In this document: positions 19,375 to 28,048 of the stretch, piece after piece
Position numbering within the stretch: the first letter of the stretch is position 1
Layout of the letters: each line of letters starts with the position of its first letter
DNA from: Puniceicoccales bacterium
GTDB taxonomy: Bacteria > Verrucomicrobiota > Verrucomicrobiia > Opitutales > LL51
NCBI GenBank assembly: GCA_031255005.1
Contig: JAIRTH010000019.1
Coordinates: 1-54,685 of the forward strand
DNA length: 54,685 nucleotides
Direction: 5' to 3'
Notes under the pieces: model-generated
The model's input: only the letters and a program-made list of their open reading frames with translations
Told to the model about the DNA's origin: nothing
Database searches by the model: none
Made by a program: the position numbers and the translations under genes

Positions 19375-19450
19375 TCTGAAAAAGTTATGATTGATTCTTT
19401 CAAAAAAATTTCCATAGTTCTCAGATAGATTTAAATATTTTTGTAAATTT

Positions 19451-20197
19451 ATGAACTACGAACGTACATCCAATCCGGTTTTTAGGGATAAATACTTCGA
19501 TGTGGCCGTTGAAGATGGTTGCCAAATGACAGTGGCCGGTACCGTAACAAAGACATCTTTGTTGTTGATGCTGACAGTGTTAGCGGCAGCTTTTGCCTGG
19601 ACGAGGAAGTATGCATCCTTTGATGATGTGCTATCGAAGGCTGTGCTATTTTCAATGTTGGCTTTTGGTTGCAGTTTATTTACATGTTTTAAGCCTTTGT
19701 TAGCGAAATATTCAGCGCCGCTCTATGCAATTTTAGAAGGGCTTGTGCTTGGCAGTCTATCTCTTATATTTGAGATGAAATACCATGGTGTTGTCATCCA
19801 AGCAGTTGCACTAACATTCGGAGTTTTTAGCGCGATGCTGTTTATTTATAGAACAGGGCTTATTAAAGTTAATGAAAAGTTTGCCATTGGTCTGTTTGCT
19901 GCTACGGCAGGCATTGCCATTGTTTATATTATGAGCTGGTTGTTCAGCTTATTTGGTGGTTCTGGTTTCAAATTTCTTTACGGTTCTAGCAATTTTAGTA
20001 TAGGATTTAGTGTATTTGTAGTGATCATCGCCGCTCTAAATCTGGTAATGGATTTTGACTACATCGTTAAGCAAAGCAAAGCTGGTGTCCATAAAGATAT
20101 GGAATGGTTTGCATCCTTCGGACTGATGGTGACTTTGATTTGGCTCTATATGGAGATTCTGCGATTGTTGGTAAAGCTCAATGAGCGACGCCGTTGA
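19451..20197 (+). CDS. Bax inhibitor-1/YccA-family membrane protein
   Basis: 248 aa with about 7 TM segments, an N-terminal SNPVF motif, and a C-terminal pattern MDFDYI...WFASFGLMVTLIWLYMEILRLL typical of the BI-1/YccA family. Confidence 0.65.
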   Translation: MNYERTSNPVFRDKYFDVAVEDGCQMTVAGTVTKTSLLLMLTVLAAAFAWTRKYASFDDVLSKAVLFSMLAFGCSLFTCFKPLLAKYSAPLYAILEGLVLGSLSLIFEMKYHGVVIQAVALTFGVFSAMLFIYRTGLIKVNEKFAIGLFAATAGIAIVYIMSWLFSLFGGSGFKFLYGSSNFSIGFSVFVVIIAALNLVMDFDYIVKQSKAGVHKDMEWFASFGLMVTLIWLYMEILRLLVKLNERRR

Positions 20198-21141
20198 TGA
20201 AGTTGTTGGTTATCAAGCCATCATCTCTAGGTGATATAGTCCATGCATTGCTGATAATTTCTGAACTTAAGATTCGTCGGCCTGAAATTTCAATCGATTG
20301 GGTGGTGAAGTCAGAGTTTTTCGAGCTGATTGAAGCTTCGAAATTGGTAGATGATATCATTGTTTATAATAGAAAAGGTGGCATTAGGTCATTTCTGGAG
20401 ACGTTGTTGCAAATCAGGCGCAGCTGCTATGACGCTGTGTGGGATATGCAAGGATTAGCCAGGAGTGCTCTAATGGCATTGGCAGCCAGGTCCAACTGTA
20501 GAATTGGCCGTAGAGACTCGCGAGAATTAGCCTGGCTTGCCTATGAGCAAAAGGTTAAATATTATCCAGATAAATTTGCCCATGCGGTGGATATATTGCG
20601 ACCGTTTCTGCTGTCCATTTGCGATAGTGATGATATTTCCGGCCGGATAAATTTCCCCATCGACGAGTCAGAAAATTTTTTAAAATTAATAAAAACTTTG
20701 ACGAACAACGAGTATTTATGCCTATTTCCTGGTAGCCGCAGGAAAGAAAAAGCATGGCCATATTTTGCTCAATTAACCAAACTTTTGCTTGATAAAACTC
20801 AGTTTAACGTCCTATGGCTTGGCGATGCAATTTGTCCAGATGGTGTTGATAGCGATAGGTTTATGAATTTTTGTGGCAGAACAAGCATTGGTGATGTAAT
20901 AAATTTTATAAAAAAATCTAAACTTGTGATTGCCAATGACAGCGGTCCGATGCATTTGGCTGCAGCAATGAAAGTCCCTGTGCTAGGCCTATTTATCGCG
21001 ACGGATCCAAAAAAATATGGTCCCTATCCATCCTGGTCCAAATCGAACTTCGTGCTTTCAAAAGAAAGTGATGAAAAAATATTCAATGAAAATGTTGTAT
21101 TTGACAAAATTATTTCGATTGTAAATAATAGTTATGAATAG
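20197..21141 (+). CDS. glycosyltransferase family 9 (LPS heptosyltransferase-like)
   Basis: N-terminus MKLLVIKPSSLGDIVHALLIISELKIRRPEISIDWVV, and C-terminal NDSGPMHLAAAMKVPVLGLF. The TGATG overlaps the upstream stop. Confidence 0.75.
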   Translation: MKLLVIKPSSLGDIVHALLIISELKIRRPEISIDWVVKSEFFELIEASKLVDDIIVYNRKGGIRSFLETLLQIRRSCYDAVWDMQGLARSALMALAARSNCRIGRRDSRELAWLAYEQKVKYYPDKFAHAVDILRPFLLSICDSDDISGRINFPIDESENFLKLIKTLTNNEYLCLFPGSRRKEKAWPYFAQLTKLLLDKTQFNVLWLGDAICPDGVDSDRFMNFCGRTSIGDVINFIKKSKLVIANDSGPMHLAAAMKVPVLGLFIATDPKKYGPYPSWSKSNFVLSKESDEKIFNENVVFDKIISIVNNSYE

Positions 21142-21784
21142 ATTGATTTTAATCTGTACAGTGTTTTTGTGTTTATTGGGCTGCGCAACCTGCAAAACGG
21201 TTATGAATAGGAGCGATGCCGTAAATAAAAAGAATGGTTTGACGGCATTTAACCCCAAGCGTCGCAGTCAGTTACCAAAATATTCGCTGGCGATTATGGC
21301 CCGTGGCAAGGCCGATAAGGATCGGATGAGCAGGTATTTAAGGCATAATAATAGCAAAATTTCTAAGCAAAAAGCCGATTATTTTGCCAGTACGTACATT
21401 GCCGAATGTGCAATCGAAGGTGTGAATCATGATATTGCTTTTACCCAGATGTGTCACGAGACCAATTTCTTAAGGTTTGGAGGTCAAGTTAAGCCAAATC
21501 AAAATAATTTTGCTGGGCTCGGAGCCACCGATAATGGTGCAAACGGAGCTTCATTTCCAACCATTAAGATTGGTGTAAGAGCCCAGGTCCAACACCTTAA
21601 AGCCTATGCATCAACAGCTTCACTAAATAGAGATCGTGTTGATCCGCGATTTGAGAATGTTGTTAAAGCCGGCTATTGTGGATCAGTCAAGGTTTTAGAT
21701 AATTTGACTGGCAAGTGGGCCACGGATCCGGCCTATGCTAATAGCATAAAAAAGAAACTTCGCGACATGTTTATGCTAAAATGA
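21134..21784 (+). CDS. glucosaminidase (GH73-like) domain lipoprotein
   Basis: Signal peptide with a canonical lipobox (LLGC). The sequence MCHETNFLRFGG...NNFAGLGATDNGANGASFPTIKIGVRAQVQHLKAYAS resembles mannosyl-glycoprotein endo-beta-N-acetylglucosaminidase-like proteins. Confidence 0.55.
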   Translation: MNRLILICTVFLCLLGCATCKTVMNRSDAVNKKNGLTAFNPKRRSQLPKYSLAIMARGKADKDRMSRYLRHNNSKISKQKADYFASTYIAECAIEGVNHDIAFTQMCHETNFLRFGGQVKPNQNNFAGLGATDNGANGASFPTIKIGVRAQVQHLKAYASTASLNRDRVDPRFENVVKAGYCGSVKVLDNLTGKWATDPAYANSIKKKLRDMFMLK

Positions 21785-21791
21785 CAAGCTT

Positions 21792-22709
21792 CTACTTCTT
21801 TTTGGTGAACAGCGAGTCCTTCCGTTTCTTGACATCGCCGGTGTAACGTTCTTCGGCGGAAAATTCGTGTACAGCTGCTACCAACGCAATGGTATTGAGT
21901 ATGGTATTATCCGAAATATCGAGCAAGTCTAGTGTGCTACCCTCCAATGTTGATAAATCAGTTTTTACAATTTTACTTTTTTCTAAATTCAACTGATTTG
22001 GCGAATTATTTTGGTTGTTGTTGTTTTGTTTCACATTGGTATTGCTTGAAGTTGCTTTCGCATTTGCAGGATTTGCCTTGTTATTTTTACTGTTCTGTTT
22101 ATAAGCACTTCGCATTTCCCTCACACTGTTTAACATGGATGAAATGCTACTTCTAAAATGTTGAGCTGAGATCTGAAATTCTTTAAATTCAATAAGGCAA
22201 TTTATGAAAAATGACGATGATTTATCAAGTTTTGTATTTTTAAATCTAACGGAACCATCAGCATTTATGTCTATATTTGACTCAGCTTTGCATGATTCGT
22301 AGGTATTTTTCATGGTTGCCAAATCTTTTTTAAGTTCTTGTATATTTTTATTGTAATCGAAATCGATGGCCTGGAGATCTTTTTCGGTTTTATCGAGAGT
22401 ATCATTTAACATATTTAGGCGTTCGCCCATGGTCGCTGCCTCTTCCTTTATATACTTGGTACAGATGCCATAGGCCTGGGCTTGGGGATAGGAGGATAGC
22501 AATTTTTTCCAATGTTCCGTGGTGTAACAATGAAGTTTCACTCCGGATGGTAGCTCTTTAATTTTGGCCGAAGGAAATATGGCTTTGATGGGTGTAATCT
22601 CCAAAGATTCAATGGGCGCGACTTCCGATACTCCAACCACATTAGATATGCACCATGTGCCAAAACATGAACTAATGATAAATATGTTGCGATTAAATTT
22701 CATAAGCAA
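21792..22709 (-). CDS. hypothetical exported (possibly lipo-)protein with coiled-coil and an Asn/Gln-rich tract
   Basis: 305-aa ORF with a signal-like N-terminus ending IISSC (lipobox-like), a heptad-like central region, the low-complexity tract NSKNNKANPANAKATSSNTNVKQNNNNQNNSPNQ, and AT-rich DNA. I recognise no family. Confidence 0.5.
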   Translation of the reverse strand: MLMKFNRNIFIISSCFGTWCISNVVGVSEVAPIESLEITPIKAIFPSAKIKELPSGVKLHCYTTEHWKKLLSSYPQAQAYGICTKYIKEEAATMGERLNMLNDTLDKTEKDLQAIDFDYNKNIQELKKDLATMKNTYESCKAESNIDINADGSVRFKNTKLDKSSSFFINCLIEFKEFQISAQHFRSSISSMLNSVREMRSAYKQNSKNNKANPANAKATSSNTNVKQNNNNQNNSPNQLNLEKSKIVKTDLSTLEGSTLDLLDISDNTILNTIALVAAVHEFSAEERYTGDVKKRKDSLFTKKK

Positions 22710-22768
22710 TCTAGGAACGTGTTTCCATTCTGTAGATTAGACGATTTATGTCAATGAAGTTAACTTAA

Positions 22769-25201
22769 TCAATATTGATTTTTCAACCATAGGCCGCAGC
22801 TGACCATGGGGATGCTCAGTAAGTCGTTGTCAGATAAATGGAAAGCATCATGCAAGCCATTCATATTTACGCATTCTGTATCAGCAAGTTGTATAAAATT
22901 TTTGAAATTTATTTCGGCTAAATCGAAGGTGGCCGGTGAAAAATGTGGATTTATCGCGAATAGCAATTGCTCATTGCCGAGCTCATGGTTGGCGTTGAAT
23001 AGTATGGCAATGGCTGAATTGTTTTCAATTGGGCCAAAGGCTCTTAGATAATTTTTTGATGGTCTTTTTTCCGGCCGTAAAAGTTTGCCGAGCTGGGATT
23101 TTCTGAGTTTTATATAGTCGCTCATATATTTATGAGTTGCGGAGTATTCAGCACCTCTTCCATAGCTTAGGGCATTTAAATCGCCCCTTTTGTAAGTATT
23201 TTGCACACCGGATTTGGAATGGAGGATATCGTGGCCGGCAGCAAACATGGGAATTCCGATGGAGCTGAGGAGGAGTGCTATGGATAAATTAGTACGCCGA
23301 CGATCGATGACCGTCGGCGTTTTCCCATCGTTATTTGGGTTTTCAGTGATCCTATCCATCCAGCTCCTGTCATCATGAGAGGATACATAATTCACCGTTT
23401 GTGCCGGGAAACTGGACCTGTATCTGAGTGAGCCGCCGATAAAATACTCCAGGCCTTCTCGGTTTCCGTTGCCAAGAATATAGTCTGCGGCGAAGTTCCG
23501 ATATTCATCGTTCCAGGCCGAAAATCCAGTACTTCTGATTTCATTACCTATGTGTCCTCTGAAACTCCATGGTTCGGCGATTAAAATAACAGATTTTTTG
23601 ATTTTTTTTAATGTATTTTCTGCTTTTTTCAGAAACTCGAGGCCTAACAATTCTGCAAGGTCGAATCTAAATCCATCCACGTCATACATTTGAATGAAAT
23701 GGCACAGACTATCTAGAATTAATCTGGTGCTCATAGGGGTTTCGGTACGCAGGTCGTTGCCACAACCGCTATAGTTTTCAAAATTGCCGCCATTGATTCG
23801 AAAATAGTATTCTTTATCAATGCGTGCCAGGTAATTCGGTTCGCCGACGTGGTTATACACCACATCTAAAATCACGGCTATGTTGTTACGATGGAAGGAA
23901 TTAACCAGATTTTTGAATTCTGAAATTTGCGATCCTGTGGTTGGATGTAATGCATAGGCGCTGGATGGCGAGAAGTAATTGACTGGCATGTAGCCCCAGT
24001 GATATTCTTCCTTTGTATTGTTATCGAATTCCTGGATGGGTTGTAATTCCACTGCATTGATTCCCAGATTTTTGAAGTAATTATTTTCATCGGCTAGAAT
24101 TTTGCAGAGGCCGGAAAATCCAAGTCGATCTTGATCGCTCATTTCGTATCTATAATTCGTCAAGATGTCTCGAATATGGGCTTCACAGATGATCAATTCG
24201 CTCCATTGTGGTGGTTTGAAATCATTTTCTTGGCTCACATGTTTGGGTGTATCGACTATGATTCCGGGGCCGTGTTTGCTTACCATGGCTATGGCATAGG
24301 GGTCGATGACGATGGATTCGTTGCCAGATTTATCAGTTAGGATATAGTTATAATATTTTCCTGAGAGGTTTTTTTTGACGGAGTATTCCCAGAGGCCGTC
24401 GCAGTCCTTGGTCATTGGAATCATATTTGGTTCACTATGAAGTGTATCCGTTAGGACCAGTGTGACCTTTGTGGCTCTGGGGGCGAACAGAGCAAAGTGG
24501 GTGCTATGGTTGCTCACCTGGGCTCCGAGTTTTTTGTCCGACTTTTTATTGGCTAATAGGCCAGAGTGATCTATGTTAGTCGGAGACTGATCGTTGCCGA
24601 ACCTGATCTGGAGATTTTTGTTGAAGTCAAAATCGTCGCATTTTCTATAAAAAGAAAAGCAGTGGTAGCCGGTTTGGCTGGCGTTGTATTGAAAATTTGT
24701 GATGCCATTTTCGCAGCGGGCGATATTTTGGCAATCCGGAGGTAGAGAAGTCCAGTAGCCATTCTCGGAGACGAATTTAAATTGAGATAGGTCTGGAATT
24801 TTATTTGGATTCATTCGGATGACCCAGCAGAGTTCACCGCAGACAAGTTCTGGTGTTAGTAGCCATTCTTTGCTTTTTACATCCGGTGTCCAGTGGTTGA
24901 ATGTGCCGGCCAGAAAAAATTTCGATGTGCCAGATTCTTCCAATGGTACCAAGTTTGGCAACATTATGAATATTAATAAATTTCTTTCTGAAAAATAGCC
25001 GGAATTTTTTGCAAATAGGAATGGGTCGATGCGATTGACTTGCAGATGGCTGGGCATTCCATCTTCTGTGAACTTCACCGGTGGAAGGCCACGTTCGTTC
25101 TGTTTCCAATCGTTTTTTAGGAAAAGCACACCTTCTTGTGCACTTACCCAGAATGCTCGCAAAATGTTATTGCTCATTGCATACCAGCTAAGAAAATTCA
25201 A
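22769..25201 (-). CDS. glgX: GH13 glycogen debranching enzyme / pullulanase-type alpha-1,6-glucosidase
   Basis: GH13 regions DVVYNHV, GFRFDLAELL, IAEPW and YVSSHDD, plus HWGYMPVNYF. A CBM48-like segment starts at HFALFAPRATKVTLVL. An extra N-terminal region of about 230 aa contains a GTFNHW starch/glycogen-binding-like motif. Confidence 0.8.
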   Translation of the reverse strand: MNFLSWYAMSNNILRAFWVSAQEGVLFLKNDWKQNERGLPPVKFTEDGMPSHLQVNRIDPFLFAKNSGYFSERNLLIFIMLPNLVPLEESGTSKFFLAGTFNHWTPDVKSKEWLLTPELVCGELCWVIRMNPNKIPDLSQFKFVSENGYWTSLPPDCQNIARCENGITNFQYNASQTGYHCFSFYRKCDDFDFNKNLQIRFGNDQSPTNIDHSGLLANKKSDKKLGAQVSNHSTHFALFAPRATKVTLVLTDTLHSEPNMIPMTKDCDGLWEYSVKKNLSGKYYNYILTDKSGNESIVIDPYAIAMVSKHGPGIIVDTPKHVSQENDFKPPQWSELIICEAHIRDILTNYRYEMSDQDRLGFSGLCKILADENNYFKNLGINAVELQPIQEFDNNTKEEYHWGYMPVNYFSPSSAYALHPTTGSQISEFKNLVNSFHRNNIAVILDVVYNHVGEPNYLARIDKEYYFRINGGNFENYSGCGNDLRTETPMSTRLILDSLCHFIQMYDVDGFRFDLAELLGLEFLKKAENTLKKIKKSVILIAEPWSFRGHIGNEIRSTGFSAWNDEYRNFAADYILGNGNREGLEYFIGGSLRYRSSFPAQTVNYVSSHDDRSWMDRITENPNNDGKTPTVIDRRRTNLSIALLLSSIGIPMFAAGHDILHSKSGVQNTYKRGDLNALSYGRGAEYSATHKYMSDYIKLRKSQLGKLLRPEKRPSKNYLRAFGPIENNSAIAILFNANHELGNEQLLFAINPHFSPATFDLAEINFKNFIQLADTECVNMNGLHDAFHLSDNDLLSIPMVSCGLWLKNQY

Positions 25202-25313
25202 TAATTTTTTTGTGAATATGCAACAGCAAAATGTAGTGAAAAATTGAATATCTTTTTTATTTTTTTGGAGAAAAGGTTTTGGGATGAATTATTTTTCCAT
25301 TGGTGCGATGATT

Positions 25314-26414
25314 TTATTCTTTGGGATGATTTTTGCTTGCATTTTTTAGTTTTGTTATTAGTGTATCTATAGATTCTTTTCTGGCACTTTCTATTGTTTT
25401 AAAAAGCGCCACTTCGAAATTTATTTTGCTTACTATTCCATTTTTTACCGAATCTTTGGCAGAAGAGATTGATTCTAACATGCAGACCCAATGGGTGGGT
25501 TGTTCATCTGATGCGGCCAAAGTGTTCTCTAGGTGCTTATGAATCAGTTTTTCTAGATCACATAGACTATGATAAAAATCACAACCTTGGGTTGATAGGT
25601 TGTTTGAAAGCTTTATTATTGATTTGTAATCCTTATTTAAAAGTGCGGTAAGTAATTCTGATAGTTGGTCATGGGATGCTAGGCCATGGGCTGTAATCAC
25701 ATCTATTTCTTTTATGGGGCCGTTGCAGAATGATGCCATTTGATCGACGATGGTTTGAGCATCACGCATACCGCCGTCGGCCATGCGTATTACTGCTTCA
25801 AGGGCAAGAGGCTCTATTTCAATTTGTTCCGCTTTAGCTATTTCCAAGAGCTTAGTTTTTAATATTTCTTCGCCGATGGGTTTGAACTCAAATCTTTGGC
25901 ATCGCGATGCGATTGTTAGTGGAATTTTTTGGGCTTCGGTGGTGGCAAATATGAATTTTACATGACTTGGTGGTTCTTCAAGTGTTTTCAGCAGAGCATT
26001 AAATGCCGAAGTGGATAGCATATGAACTTCATCTATTATATATATTTTATAGCGGCATTGGCCGGGGAGGTAGTGGCATTCGTCGCGCAGATCTCTTATT
26101 TGTTCGACGGAGTTATGTGAAGCGCCATCTATCTCTATTACATCTATGCAGTTACCATCTAGAATTTCATTGATCAGGTGGGAATTTTTTGGGAGGTCGA
26201 TGGATGGTGCGTCCTTTGCATTGAGGGCGGCAGCCAGGAGTCTCGCCGTTGAAGTTTTTCCGGTGCCTCTTGGGCCGACGAATAGGAATGAATGGGCCAC
26301 TCGGCCGGCGACTATGGCATTCTCCAATGTTTTGATAACATGCTCCTGGCCAACGAGTTCTTTAAATGTTCTTGGTCGCCATCGGCGGGCTATTACCTGG
26401 TATTCCGTGTTCAA
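25314..26414 (-). CDS. dnaX: DNA polymerase III subunit gamma/tau (short form)
   Basis: YQVIARRWRPRTFKELVGQEHV, Walker A GPRGTGKTS, DEVHMLS and SRCQRFEF. It is only 366 aa (domains I-III), and I saw no slippery frameshift site. Confidence 0.9.
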   Translation of the reverse strand: MNTEYQVIARRWRPRTFKELVGQEHVIKTLENAIVAGRVAHSFLFVGPRGTGKTSTARLLAAALNAKDAPSIDLPKNSHLINEILDGNCIDVIEIDGASHNSVEQIRDLRDECHYLPGQCRYKIYIIDEVHMLSTSAFNALLKTLEEPPSHVKFIFATTEAQKIPLTIASRCQRFEFKPIGEEILKTKLLEIAKAEQIEIEPLALEAVIRMADGGMRDAQTIVDQMASFCNGPIKEIDVITAHGLASHDQLSELLTALLNKDYKSIIKLSNNLSTQGCDFYHSLCDLEKLIHKHLENTLAASDEQPTHWVCMLESISSAKDSVKNGIVSKINFEVALFKTIESARKESIDTLITKLKNASKNHPKE

Positions 26415-26492
26415 TTTAAATTTATGGCATTCAAATTACCGAAAATTTCAATCAAAATTTGTATCTGGTTGCAATTTTAATAAATTTTATCA

Positions 26493-27266
26493 ATGTCTTT
26501 GGAGATGAGGCAGTTGCTAGCGTTGGTGCTCTATGAATTTCGCACATTGTTTTTATCACCGGTGGCCTATGTGGTTGGATTGGCATTTTCGCTGCTTATG
26601 TCCTTGATCTTCTTATTTTTGCTGGACGACTATTCTCGATTTTCGCAGCCATGTCATTTGATGGTGCTATTTTTCAAATCCATGTGGCTGCCAACGGTAT
26701 TTTTTTTGCCGGTGATTACGATGAGATCCGTTGCGTTGGAACGAGATAATGGCATGCTTGGCACATTTATTTTGTTGCCGATTCGGCGCATTTGGATTGT
26801 GCTTAGCAAATTTTTCGTGACCTACTTTTACTACATGATTTTGTGGCTGGGTATATCCACCTTTCCGTTCATTGCGAGGTGCATTTCGAGAGAATTGGCA
26901 TTGTCATTGCAAATTACTGATAGCGTTATAATTAATGGTGGGATATTTTTTATTTTTTGCAGCAGTATGCTTTTCATATCCATTGGGATTTTCATAGGTT
27001 CGGTTGTGCCCAGCCAGTTGGCTTCCAGTGTGGCTAGTTTTGTGGTATTATTTTTCATTTTGGTTGTGGGACAGGTGTTACAATGTGCGGCTGTACAAAA
27101 CTACTTCGATGGCATGCACATACAGAATGTTTCTGATATTATGAATGTGTTTATGCAGATTGAAGATTTTTGTAACGGCATTATTGACACGAGGGTGATT
27201 ATATTTTATATAAGCGCGGCTTGTCTATGTTTATTTGCGACGGCCATGGTCATTGATAGACCATAG
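26493..27266 (+). CDS. ABC-2-type transporter permease (GldF/NosY-like); no partner ATPase adjacent
   Basis: 257 aa, 6 TM, with the ABC-2-like N-terminus YEFRTLFLSPVAYVV. The assignment rests on overall pattern only. Confidence 0.5.
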   Translation: MSLEMRQLLALVLYEFRTLFLSPVAYVVGLAFSLLMSLIFLFLLDDYSRFSQPCHLMVLFFKSMWLPTVFFLPVITMRSVALERDNGMLGTFILLPIRRIWIVLSKFFVTYFYYMILWLGISTFPFIARCISRELALSLQITDSVIINGGIFFIFCSSMLFISIGIFIGSVVPSQLASSVASFVVLFFILVVGQVLQCAAVQNYFDGMHIQNVSDIMNVFMQIEDFCNGIIDTRVIIFYISAACLCLFATAMVIDRP

Positions 27267-27272
27267 TCATTA

Positions 27273-27923
27273 ATGAGATTTTTGGGAAAATTTATGATTT
27301 ATTTGTTTGTATTTGGTTTGTTTATGTTTGGCAATGTTAGTGATGCGGCTGTGGCAGTTTTGTCAAAAAAATATGATAAAGTTGGACTTGAAAATCAGAA
27401 AAATTTTCATTCCGTAGGATCAATGGATGCTATATTAAATAGACGGAGTATTAGAAGTTATACATCGGAACCTGTTAATGGTGAACATGTAAGCATGATT
27501 TTAAAGGCTGGGTTTAGTGCACCATCGGCCATGGGGTCGAAGCCGTGGCATTTCATTGTTGTGGATGATCGGGTGATTTTGGATAGACTTGCTGAGAAGC
27601 ATCATTACGCTGGCATGCTGCGATCGGCACCATTGGCAGTGCTGGTTTGTGGCGATAAGTCGTTGGAATCCATACCGGATAAATTTGAGCAAAACTGTTC
27701 TGCTGCTACGGAAAATATTTTGATAGCGGCCACGGCCTTAGGGCTCGGTTCTGTTTGGGTTGGTTGCTATCCGGATGTGGATGTGATGAAAGGTTTTAGA
27801 ATGATATTAAATATTCCAGAAAAAATATTTCCGTTCGCCATAGTTCCTCTGGGGCATCCATTGCAAACTCTTTCTCCGAGAGATAATTATGATTCAGAGA
27901 GGGTGCATCTGAATGGATGGTGA
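27273..27923 (+). CDS. nitroreductase-family protein
   Basis: The core begins MDAILNRRSIRSYTSEPV (Met at 27423), followed by GFSAPSAMGSKPWHF and GLGSVWVG. The ORF-track start adds a 50-aa hydrophobic, T-rich N-terminal extension of uncertain reality. Confidence 0.75.
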   Translation: MRFLGKFMIYLFVFGLFMFGNVSDAAVAVLSKKYDKVGLENQKNFHSVGSMDAILNRRSIRSYTSEPVNGEHVSMILKAGFSAPSAMGSKPWHFIVVDDRVILDRLAEKHHYAGMLRSAPLAVLVCGDKSLESIPDKFEQNCSAATENILIAATALGLGSVWVGCYPDVDVMKGFRMILNIPEKIFPFAIVPLGHPLQTLSPRDNYDSERVHLNGW

Positions 27924-28048
27924 TTTATGATTAGATTACAAATTTTTTATTTTGTGCTTGCCTAATGGCTTTTTGGTTAATTTAAATGGGCATTGTTGTG
28001 AGACGAAATGGGTTCGCAGGTTTTTTTAGATAGGAGAGACGAGGGATA

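Noticed and set aside
25314-26414. Programmed ribosomal frameshift site in dnaX
   Set aside because: The gene is short (366 aa, domains I-III only). I saw no A-AAA-AAG-type slippery heptamer followed by a structure, so a single product is likely.
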